A stretch of DNA of 64,000 nt from an uncultured bacterium (GTDB taxonomy: Bacteria > Patescibacteriota > Minisyncoccia > Phycocordibacterales > UBA918). The notes beneath the pieces are model-generated. The model had not been told where the DNA came from. It saw only the letters and a list, made by a program, of their open reading frames with translations, and made no database searches. Below, one piece after another: positions 55,847-63,814 of this stretch (the stretch's first letter is position 1; each line of letters opens with the position of its first letter). The position numbers were made by a program, and so were the translations under genes. Location of the stretch: contig CBFGXL010000002.1 in the NCBI GenBank assembly GCA_965652925.1, positions 4,881 through 68,880 on the forward strand, read 5' to 3'.

Positions 55847-57021
55847 TTGTTCAGTATATCAAGATATTCAAAAAGAGCGGGCACCGGGTCAGACCACGAG
55901 AAAATATCATCTTTTGAAATGAAAAATTCTTTTTTAAAATCATAGAGTGCCCGCAGGCGTGATGGATAGAGTATTTTTCGCAACGGATCGCGAGCAAAAA
56001 GAACGGCAATAAGCCATTTACAGTCGCCAAGAAAATGACGGGTACGAACGCGGCGCGGCAACGAAGTCTGCAGCTTACTTACCGCACCGCGTGCAAGCGC
56101 GTAGGTGATCAAAGGAAAATCGACGCCTGCTCTAACAGCAAGCGGCAAAGAGCCCCAAAACCGTCCATTGATCTCCATCAAGAGTACTTGCCCTGTTTCC
56201 GTATCGATCTTAAACTCGACCATTGCTGGCCCAGTCCATGCTAAACGACGCATAAGCGCATATGCATATTCGTGCATCATGCGCACTTCATCAGTTTCAG
56301 ACGCCGTTTCCTTCACCACTGCTGCGCCCCCGCGTGGTGAGAGACTTCGAATACGTTTATGTGCGAACGAAGCGAGCACTTCCCCACGATCGCACACCAC
56401 CTCAATACCATACTCATCACCCTCCACAAATTTCATTACCAAAGGTGCTTCTCCGGTTGCTTTGTAGACCGTATTGTATGTTGATTCAAGTTCATTACGA
56501 GAAAACACGAATGCAGCAGAACCAGAAACCGGCTTCTCTTCTTTCCAAACAAGACTGTGCCGATTTTTCACAACCGCTGGATACAAAATTGTGTCCCATG
56601 CCTCCTTATTGTAGATATTGATAGTGGGTATAGAAAGTTCTGAAGCAAGTGCGTAAGTTCTTTCTTTATCTGCAGCGATCTCTACTGATTCGAGGCTTGG
56701 CATGGGCATAACCGCGTACGGAGTTATACGGTCATACTCCCTTGCAAGTAAAAGAGATGTAGCATCGCTAAAAGCAAATATAACTGGCTTTTCTCCAGAC
56801 TCATCATATAGCTTCTTGGACTGGGCGATGATGTCTTCTACAAAGCCTACTGGGTCAGTCTTTGCTGATGAATATATGAAATGACGACGAACGAATCGGC
56901 TGTGACAAGCCATGGCTGTACTACGCTCAGCTGCGCACACAACACTAACGCCCTGTGCCCCCAACGAACGAACAGCACAGAGCGCGCTTTTGAGTTGACC
57001 ATCGAGAACAATCGCCGTCAT
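55828..57021 (-). CDS. ATP-grasp domain protein (likely a glycan-modifying ligase).
   Basis: It has a central ATP-grasp fold (YPAVVKNRHS..., PAMVEFKIDTETGQVLLMEINGRFWGS). The ORF-track start at 57078 adds 19 residues that would overlap the upstream gene by 55 bp; the ATG at 57021 gives a 4-bp overlap instead. Confidence 0.65.
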   Translation of the reverse strand: MTAIVLDGQLKSALCAVRSLGAQGVSVVCAAERSTAMACHSRFVRRHFIYSSAKTDPVGFVEDIIAQSKKLYDESGEKPVIFAFSDATSLLLAREYDRITPYAVMPMPSLESVEIAADKERTYALASELSIPTINIYNKEAWDTILYPAVVKNRHSLVWKEEKPVSGSAAFVFSRNELESTYNTVYKATGEAPLVMKFVEGDEYGIEVVCDRGEVLASFAHKRIRSLSPRGGAAVVKETASETDEVRMMHEYAYALMRRLAWTGPAMVEFKIDTETGQVLLMEINGRFWGSLPLAVRAGVDFPLITYALARGAVSKLQTSLPRRVRTRHFLGDCKWLIAVLFARDPLRKILYPSRLRALYDFKKEFFISKDDIFSWSDPVPALFEYLDILNKWKSKA

Positions 57022-57023
57022 AT

Positions 57024-58172
57024 CTATTGCGTTAGAGCATTGAACATGTCTTCCATGTCCCTTGAAACAATATCCCAATTGTACTTTGCAATTACCATTT
57101 CTTGTGCCTGACTCAACATACTCTCTCTATGCTGTGCATCAAGAGTCTGTATCTTTCGCACTGCGCTAGCAATACTCTCTGGATTTTCAATCTCGACCAT
57201 GAATCCAGTCTTGCCATCCGTGAGGAAATCTGGGATTCCACCTGCATTGGTTCCGATAACTATCATACGAGCAGCCATGGCTTCCAAGAACGCGTTGCCG
57301 AGCCCTTCTGACAAAGATGGGCGAATAAAAATATCAGATGCCTTCATTAGAAGTGGCAGTTCTTTCGGGTCGACAAAGCCCATGAACTTGACCCGACGAG
57401 TAAGACCCATGCGTTCCACCTGCGCTTTGATCTCCCCATCAAGTGATCCACTTCCGCACACCACAAAACATACATTTTCAGGCAACAGAGCCAGAGCAGA
57501 GACGACATCACCTATGCCATTTTTCTTCTCAAGCCGAGAACTTGTGAAGAGAATAAGCGCATCATCTGGAAAACCAAAAGACGAGCGCTTTGCCTGGATA
57601 TCTTCAGGGGAAAATGACCGTGTGAACGCATCAACAGCAACGCCATTGGGTATCACCTTTCCTGCTTTACCCTTAAAACCCATCTGTGTACCCCAGTTCA
57701 AGAGGTAGTTCGATATCGCCTGAATGCCATCTGCTGAAGCAAAGATATTGTTGAACGATTTCCGTACAAACCGAACTCGATTGTAAATATAATCAAAGGA
57801 GTCACCCTCTTGAAGCGTAAGTAAAAGCGGGACGCCGGTCTTTTTCTTGACACGAACTGCAGCGAATGCTCCATAGCTCGCCATGATAGACCACAAGAGA
57901 TCGTATCTCTGTTTTCGCATAAGCTTGTAAGCACAGAAGTGTCCGAACAACGCGAGAATAAAACCATCAACTTTAGGGATACCAAATCCCATACGGTAGA
58001 TGTTTACGTTGCCTACTTTTTCAAAATCCTTCACGTTCTTGCGGAGCTTTGCACAGATAAGATCGAATTCGATATGCGGCAGGCGTTGTGTGATATTGCC
58101 AAACGCCTGTTCTGCCCCGCCTGCTGGGACCAAATGGTCGTCAGTAGAGAAAATAAGTATCCGTTTTGCCAT
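57024..58172 (-). CDS. GT4-family glycosyltransferase.
   Basis: It has a Glycos_transf_1 domain (SSRLEKKNGIGDVV...SLSEGLGNAFLEAMAARMIVIGTNAGGIPD). Confidence 0.8.
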   Translation of the reverse strand: MAKRILIFSTDDHLVPAGGAEQAFGNITQRLPHIEFDLICAKLRKNVKDFEKVGNVNIYRMGFGIPKVDGFILALFGHFCAYKLMRKQRYDLLWSIMASYGAFAAVRVKKKTGVPLLLTLQEGDSFDYIYNRVRFVRKSFNNIFASADGIQAISNYLLNWGTQMGFKGKAGKVIPNGVAVDAFTRSFSPEDIQAKRSSFGFPDDALILFTSSRLEKKNGIGDVVSALALLPENVCFVVCGSGSLDGEIKAQVERMGLTRRVKFMGFVDPKELPLLMKASDIFIRPSLSEGLGNAFLEAMAARMIVIGTNAGGIPDFLTDGKTGFMVEIENPESIASAVRKIQTLDAQHRESMLSQAQEMVIAKYNWDIVSRDMEDMFNALTQ

Positions 58173-58184
58173 AGAGAAACTCTA

Positions 58185-58227
58185 GCATAAAAAGAAAAAC
58201 ACCACGATACGGACGTATCGCGGTGTT
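58185..58227 (-). terminator. Rho-independent terminator on the minus strand with a 12-13 bp stem (AACACCGCGATAC...GTATCGTGGTGTT) followed by a T-rich run, 3' of the Nudix gene. A second perfect 9-bp hairpin (58230..58253, GATGCGGGC-tcttaa-GCCCGCATC) lies immediately upstream.
   Basis: Inverted repeats read directly from the sequence. The U-tract (rc of aaaaagaaaaa at 58189..58199) follows the stem in the minus orientation. Confidence 0.5.
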
Positions 58228-58268
58228 GGGATGCGGGCTCTTAAGCCCGCATCAGGTTTGGCAGAAGG

Positions 58269-58919
58269 TCAGAAATCGCTGGAGAAGAGGCGGTAGGCCG
58301 AAAGCGTGGCGATAAGCACCATGCTTCTGGTTGATGCATCCTCGAATGATCCGGCCTTGATCATCTCCTCGATCTCTTCGGGGAAGAAGAACTTGGCCTT
58401 GTAGATCTTCTCCCCGCGCTCAGGCGCGATCGCCTGGAGCTTGGACAGGTCTGCCTCGAGAGCGACAAACGGGCTCCACGAAGCTGTGGTCGTCTCGTTC
58501 GTGATGAACTTGCCGAGATCGTGGGTCTCTTTGATGACCCCTGCACCGGCTTCTTCGCCCGCCTCGCGGAGTGCGCCCTCCACCACCGACTCGCCTTCAT
58601 TGACGAACCCCCGCGGAGGTCCCCAGAACGCAAGCGAAGTCTCCCCGTCTGCCGGCGCCGCCGTGTCCCTGGCTTCCTTCACCAAGCCGATCTTCATGCC
58701 GAAGTCGACGGGGTCATGGCCATAGAGGACGGTGATGACGTGGGGCCCTTCAACCGTGATCAGACGGTCGAAGATGGCTGTGCCGTCGGGTTTGCACACC
58801 ACTGCGTGCTCGATGCGGCCATAACGGCCGCCGTCGTAGCCTTCTGGGGTCGGGACCCATTTGGGAGCCACTCCCTCCGGCCACTTCACGAGTGGGTCAG
58901 TTATCAGTCGTTTAGGCAC
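58269..58919 (-). CDS. Nudix hydrolase (NDP-sugar / ADP-ribose pyrophosphatase-like), high-GC and probably horizontally acquired.
   Basis: It carries the Nudix box GFVNEGESVVEGALREAGEEAGAGV. It has an apparent GTG start at 58919 preceded by AAAGGAGGT (rc of 58923..58931). It is about 60% GC against roughly 40-48% elsewhere. Confidence 0.75.
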   Translation of the reverse strand: MPKRLITDPLVKWPEGVAPKWVPTPEGYDGGRYGRIEHAVVCKPDGTAIFDRLITVEGPHVITVLYGHDPVDFGMKIGLVKEARDTAAPADGETSLAFWGPPRGFVNEGESVVEGALREAGEEAGAGVIKETHDLGKFITNETTTASWSPFVALEADLSKLQAIAPERGEKIYKAKFFFPEEIEEMIKAGSFEDASTRSMVLIATLSAYRLFSSDF

Positions 58920-58967
58920 TGCTACCTCCTTTGAACAGATTCAACTAATATGATACTACAAAAATGC

Positions 58968-60425
58968 TTATTTGTCAATACTCTGTGTTCGCTTCCGAAG
59001 CATGTTCGAATAGGCAAAACGGACTTGGTTTGCGAACGCGTCCCCTTGTCCGATCGAACGGATCAGCGTTGTGCGCTTGCTGATAGAGATGGCAGCATGC
59101 GCTTCGTGCGTATCGTCGGCGTACACCTGATCCGCCCGGCCGAGAATGTGCTTCAGTACCAAGCGTACATGCCAAGGTATATTGCCGAGCTTCTGGTCGG
59201 CAAGCGTAATGAGGAGAGGAGCTCTCTCTCTTCCCCGCGCAAAGAGTGCAGCAAGTGCTCCGTAACTTGCAAACAGCGCCCACTTGAACATATAGCTGTG
59301 CTCTTTCTGCAGCTGTCGAGCTATGCGCGCACCCGCAAAAGGCAGTAGGAACTTATCAGAAACATGGCCGCGCCCCACTCTGTAAAGCTTCACATTAGGA
59401 AGCGCGCATTCATCAGCCATTGCGCCTTTGGAGAATTTTGTCGTAATGACATCGAAATGGATGTTGGGCATTGCGGACATGAGGTCGCACAGTGCATACT
59501 CGGCCCCTCCTGCATCCGGGAAAAAAGTGGTTGAAAAGACGAGTACTCTTTTTTCGGTCTGTTGCACAGAACCAACTTCGGCCTTGATCTCCTGTATATA
59601 TGTCGGAAGATCGCGCTTTGCCTCCCACCCAAGCGCTTTTGTCTGCGCGTTATCGACTCCGCCATGTATGCGGTTCCCTTTGCGCTCAGGCATCATGATC
59701 ACTTCCCCGCCGAACATGGAAGCCACCTGAAGTACGCTGTATGCAGTATCAGCACCGATCCCATAACCATCACCCTGCCCTTTTTCGGACACGAGGAGCA
59801 ATCCGTCGACGATATCGGAAACATGCGTGAAGTTTCGCTCCTGCGTACCTGGACTCGTGACCGTCAGCGGCTGTCCGTTGCGGTAAAGCTCGGTGAAAAT
59901 GCGTATGAGCGTACCGTATGGGCCCGACATCTCACGCGGACCGTACACGTTGTAGAAATAAGCTATGGCATACTCAAGGCCGAACCATTGTGCGTAGTTG
60001 CACACGAGCTCTGTGTTCGTTGCCTTCATCCATGCGTAGGGACTTTGGTTGCGCCCGTCGCCTCCATCGGCAAACTTCGTTGACGACCCTGCGTATACAA
60101 GCTTGCATCCCTTGCGGCGGCAGAACTCCAGCACTGCAAATGTCCCTGGTTTGTTGAGGTCCCATACCAGTTCTATGTCTTCAAAGCTTTTTTCAGTGCG
60201 TGCATATTCTCCAAGATGAAATACGAGGTCAGGCGTCTCAGGGATAAGTGCTGCTATATCCTTCGTATGTCCAGTTCGATACTCTACTCCCTCAACATGG
60301 TTATTGGGTGTACCGGTGAAATAATTATCGAGTGAGATGACTGTATGACCATCACCAACAAGCCGCTCGCATAAATGCGATCCAATAAATCCAGCTCCTC
60401 CTGTGACCAAAATAGTTTTTGCCAT
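58968..60425 (-). CDS. Fusion ORF: extended-SDR NDP-sugar epimerase/dehydratase (UDP-glucuronate decarboxylase/dTDP-glucose dehydratase-like, ~300 aa) joined in-frame to a ~185-aa GT4 N-terminal (Glyco_trans_4-like) domain that lacks the catalytic C-terminal half.
   Basis: The N-terminal part reads MAKTILVTGGAGFIGSHLCERL...YAGSS...Y..YG. From ~aa 300 it reads KRVLVFSTTFFPDAGGAEYA, a GT4 N-domain signature, then terminates after ~185 aa. Confidence 0.65.
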   Translation of the reverse strand: MAKTILVTGGAGFIGSHLCERLVGDGHTVISLDNYFTGTPNNHVEGVEYRTGHTKDIAALIPETPDLVFHLGEYARTEKSFEDIELVWDLNKPGTFAVLEFCRRKGCKLVYAGSSTKFADGGDGRNQSPYAWMKATNTELVCNYAQWFGLEYAIAYFYNVYGPREMSGPYGTLIRIFTELYRNGQPLTVTSPGTQERNFTHVSDIVDGLLLVSEKGQGDGYGIGADTAYSVLQVASMFGGEVIMMPERKGNRIHGGVDNAQTKALGWEAKRDLPTYIQEIKAEVGSVQQTEKRVLVFSTTFFPDAGGAEYALCDLMSAMPNIHFDVITTKFSKGAMADECALPNVKLYRVGRGHVSDKFLLPFAGARIARQLQKEHSYMFKWALFASYGALAALFARGRERAPLLITLADQKLGNIPWHVRLVLKHILGRADQVYADDTHEAHAAISISKRTTLIRSIGQGDAFANQVRFAYSNMLRKRTQSIDK

Positions 60426-60433
60426 ACAATCAT

Positions 60434-61819
60434 CTATTCCGCTTTCTTTTTACCCAGCAACACAGCAATAATCCCTAATGTAACAATTCCAAAGAGACCA
60501 AGCAACGGCAGGGATTCTTTGGGGAAAGACGCAGCTTGCTCAACTGAAGCCAAGGCCAGAGCTGTTGATGAGGGTGTCTTCCTCACCACCTCATCCTTCA
60601 CCCGTGTCACCTCCTCTGTGAATGAAAAGTTGCTTGACATAAGCTCTTGTGTCACATCTTCTGTATTGCGTGCAACCGATTCTTCTTTTCTCACACTCGT
60701 TTGCGTATCCTGCGCAACGGCGGGCATTGGCTCATTCTGATCGAGGGTTGCCACAAGCTCACCCTCCTGGTCATACAGGAATACCGAAGCGAAGCTGCCT
60801 CCGAGTCGCTTGCGTTCAATGGTGATCGTACTATTGGGCAAAATGATACTGCGCAATGGAAATTGCAGTCGTTCCCTTCCTTTGAGCGTGTAACCCGATA
60901 CATTAACCTCATACTTGGCGTTATTTTTCAGAAGTACATCACCTTCGGCATTACGCGACAAAGAAAAAGTCACCGGAAGTATTGTGATCGTCGTGCGTTC
61001 AACAGCCTCATGCCGTGTATAAGTGCCGTGGAGTGTGACCACATACTCTCCAGGGTGTGTAAACACATGTGTTACCTTTTTGCCGGCATGTGTGGTGAAG
61101 TCACCGAAATTCCACGTGTACTCAAGCGAGTCAAGGAATGTCTTCCCGAGCCCAGACGGTTCTACATCAAACACAACCGGCTGGTTGACATACGCGATAT
61201 CAGGAGCACGAAGCGAGAGATCGAGTGAATTGTTCGGCAACTGCAGCTCAATGATCTTTTCATCCTCTTTGGCATCATGCTCCGCACCTTCCTCCTCCTC
61301 TTCTTCTGTATGCACCACAAAAGCATCGGGGCCAGAACCGGGAGTTGCCACAGCAGTACGCCATCCAGCATCGGTCTTCTGCGCAGTTTCTTTTGTCGTA
61401 TTATCGCCACCAATATTTTCCCAAGCATCACCACCGGCGACCTGATCCTCAAGTGTCTGATCTGCCGTGCGCAAAGACAGCGTTGCACCGTCATTGGAAA
61501 GCGAACCAGTGTAGATAAGAAAGGCTTTCCCTTCTACAGTCGCATCGTCAGTGCGTTCAAGCACCACATACTCCTTCTGATCAATCGTTCCCATCAGCTC
61601 AATGGAAAAATCTGCATGATCAGTGAGCGTCCAGCCATCAAGCGATACTGGGGCATCGCCGGTGTTATACAGTTCAATCCACTCATCGTTGGGTGAAACC
61701 GCACTTCCCATCCAGGCAATTTCACTGATGATAACTGCGCCATGCGCAATACACGGGAAAACCAGGAAGATAGACGCGGCAAGGAATCTCATGTTTCTAT
61801 GCAAGTGGCGATCTGTCAC
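60434..61819 (-). CDS. Membrane-anchored extracytoplasmic protein with a lamin-tail domain (LTD), a PKD-like domain and a C-terminal TM helix plus basic tail.
   Basis: It has a signal peptide. The LTD signature is VIISEIAWMGSAVSPNDEWIELYNTGDAPVSLDGWTL. The PKD-like signature is YTWNFGDFTTHAGKKVTHVFTHPGEYVVTLHGTY. The C-terminus is LPLLGLFGIVTLGIIAVLLGKKKAE. Confidence 0.65.
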   Translation of the reverse strand: MTDRHLHRNMRFLAASIFLVFPCIAHGAVIISEIAWMGSAVSPNDEWIELYNTGDAPVSLDGWTLTDHADFSIELMGTIDQKEYVVLERTDDATVEGKAFLIYTGSLSNDGATLSLRTADQTLEDQVAGGDAWENIGGDNTTKETAQKTDAGWRTAVATPGSGPDAFVVHTEEEEEEGAEHDAKEDEKIIELQLPNNSLDLSLRAPDIAYVNQPVVFDVEPSGLGKTFLDSLEYTWNFGDFTTHAGKKVTHVFTHPGEYVVTLHGTYTRHEAVERTTITILPVTFSLSRNAEGDVLLKNNAKYEVNVSGYTLKGRERLQFPLRSIILPNSTITIERKRLGGSFASVFLYDQEGELVATLDQNEPMPAVAQDTQTSVRKEESVARNTEDVTQELMSSNFSFTEEVTRVKDEVVRKTPSSTALALASVEQAASFPKESLPLLGLFGIVTLGIIAVLLGKKKAE

Positions 61820-63761
61820 TCGTGTTGATGCGCATCATCCTTTCAAGACGCTTCGGTGATAACGGATCGTCAATGTTCTTTTTTTCAGCGTATTCCTGGG
61901 CACCTTCCGGTACCGCTGCCTTTTCAGGCTTTTCTGCTATTGGATGCTTCGGCTGTTGGGGAGTTGCTGCTGGTTGTGAACTGTGTTCGGGTTGCACAAT
62001 CGAAGCGAGTGCCTCGCGCAAGGAAGGACTAGGCACTTCTTTAGATATATCTTTTTTATGCTCAGAGGTTTCTACGTTTTTTGTTTTCTTGTCGCTCTCA
62101 TGTGACTTATCTCTCGGTTCATGTGCAGATATAGATCGAAGCACTTCCCGCAACTCATCAAGACTTCGTGTAGATCTGCTTTGTTCCACATTACGACGGT
62201 CGGAGTTACTTGTCCCATGATTGTTTGCGTGTTCACGGGGGCGTTTTTGTCCGTCTTTATTGCCCGGGTTTTCTTTGCGCGGAGGTCTCTCATAATGCTG
62301 CTCCTTTTGCGGTTTGCTATCTGTGCTGTCTATTTTTTTCTCTGTGTCAATTTTTGCAGGAATAGAACCAGCAGTCGCGGGTGAATCAGGCATTCGTACG
62401 TCAGTTTTTTCAGCAGCGGTAGTCTGCGATTCTTTCTTAACTTCATTTCCAGGAAGAAACTCCTGCATGCCGTGCCATTGATAGATCATACGTTCTACTT
62501 CCGACCGAGGATGAGCAAATTGCTTGCGGCTTTGATGGATGATGACATTCTTGTAGGAGATCTGCGCCGGCTTGATGGGCGGTAGCGTCGTTGCCGAAAA
62601 AGGTTGCGACCCAATCCCGTCGATCATAAGCGTGAGGTAGACTTGGGCAAAACCGAGATTGACGATGTCAGGCGCCAAGAATTTTGGGGTAAAAATAGTC
62701 TCAAGCACCTCAGCATCAAAAGGCCCGACGCGGAATGACACAATTGTACCGACGTTTCCGAAAACCGCGTTGCGCACCTCTTCCTCCATCTGTTCAATGT
62801 ACTGGTGTGCGATCGTGAGGTTGAGTTTGTACTTGCGCGCTTCAGAAAGGATATTAGCAAATGTGGCGTTGGCAAATGATTGGAACTCGTCCACATAGAA
62901 ATAAAAGTTCGGCGCAGCCTGCAGTGCCTCCTGTCCCATATCTGCCCGGCTCATTGCCGCAAGATAAATGCGAGTGGTGAGCATTGATCCCAAAAGATTC
63001 GCGTTTGATTCGCCCACCAAGCCTTTGGAAAGGTTCATGATGAGAATCTTCTTCTCGTCCATTATCTTGCGGATATCGAAGCTCGACTTCGGCTGGCCGA
63101 CAATATTGCGGATAAGCGGATTTGCTGTGAACTGTCCGATCTTGTTCTTAATCGCGTCTCCCGCCTCCTGCATGTATCGCTCGTTGTACTTTGCAAATTC
63201 ATCTACCCAGAAGGACCGCACCGAGGGGTCTTTGATGTTATCCACCACCTTCTTGCGGTAGTTTTTATCAGAAAGCATGCGGTTAACTCCAAGGAGGGTT
63301 GAGTCAGGATATTCCAACAGCGCCATGAGCGTATTCTGAAGAATGTACGCCATACGCGCGCTCCATGCGTCCACCCAGATCTTCTCAAACACCGACATCA
63401 AACCCGACACCACCAAGTGGCGTTTATCGGGCCCAACGTCCTCCATGACGTTGAATGACACAGGATACTCCATATCAAACGGTGCAAAGTAGAGCACATC
63501 GTCTTTCCGTTCTTCTGGGATGTAGTCGAGGAGCGTTTCGGCTGTCTGGCCGTGCGGGTCGATGAAAGCAAGTCCGTTGCCATTCTTTATGTCCTGGATG
63601 GCCATATTCTCAAGGAGGGTCGACTTACCCATTCCTGTTTTTCCAATCACGTAAACGTGCCGGGTACGGTCTTTCGCCTTAATGCCAAAAGGCACGCTTT
63701 GCCCACGCGCATCGGTCTGTGCAAAAAAAGTGATCTGTTCAGGATCAAAACTCATTACCAA
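61797..63761 (-). CDS. P-loop ATPase of the VirD4/TraG/TraD (type IV coupling protein) or HerA/FtsK-like family, with a ~230-aa disordered charged C-terminal tail.
   Basis: It has Walker A VIGKTGMGKSTL, then FIDPHGQ, Walker B FYFYVDEFQSF, and TIAHQYIEQM (a TraG-D_C-like motif). The C-terminal tail is low-complexity K/E/R/S/P-rich. Confidence 0.55.
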   Translation of the reverse strand: MVMSFDPEQITFFAQTDARGQSVPFGIKAKDRTRHVYVIGKTGMGKSTLLENMAIQDIKNGNGLAFIDPHGQTAETLLDYIPEERKDDVLYFAPFDMEYPVSFNVMEDVGPDKRHLVVSGLMSVFEKIWVDAWSARMAYILQNTLMALLEYPDSTLLGVNRMLSDKNYRKKVVDNIKDPSVRSFWVDEFAKYNERYMQEAGDAIKNKIGQFTANPLIRNIVGQPKSSFDIRKIMDEKKILIMNLSKGLVGESNANLLGSMLTTRIYLAAMSRADMGQEALQAAPNFYFYVDEFQSFANATFANILSEARKYKLNLTIAHQYIEQMEEEVRNAVFGNVGTIVSFRVGPFDAEVLETIFTPKFLAPDIVNLGFAQVYLTLMIDGIGSQPFSATTLPPIKPAQISYKNVIIHQSRKQFAHPRSEVERMIYQWHGMQEFLPGNEVKKESQTTAAEKTDVRMPDSPATAGSIPAKIDTEKKIDSTDSKPQKEQHYERPPRKENPGNKDGQKRPREHANNHGTSNSDRRNVEQSRSTRSLDELREVLRSISAHEPRDKSHESDKKTKNVETSEHKKDISKEVPSPSLREALASIVQPEHSSQPAATPQQPKHPIAEKPEKAAVPEGAQEYAEKKNIDDPLSPKRLERMMRINTSDRSPLA

Positions 63762-63814
63762 AAGTATAACAGAATGTGCACTAAAGTAAGCGCCGTATAG
63801 TCAGCGAACATCAA

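Noticed and set aside
60434-60520. The LPLLG motif before the C-terminal TM/KKK tail of the LTD protein, as a possible sortase (LPxTG) sorting signal.
   Set aside because: The fourth position is Leu rather than Thr/Ala, and no sortase gene is in the window. The architecture fits but the motif is non-canonical, so I mention it only as a possibility.
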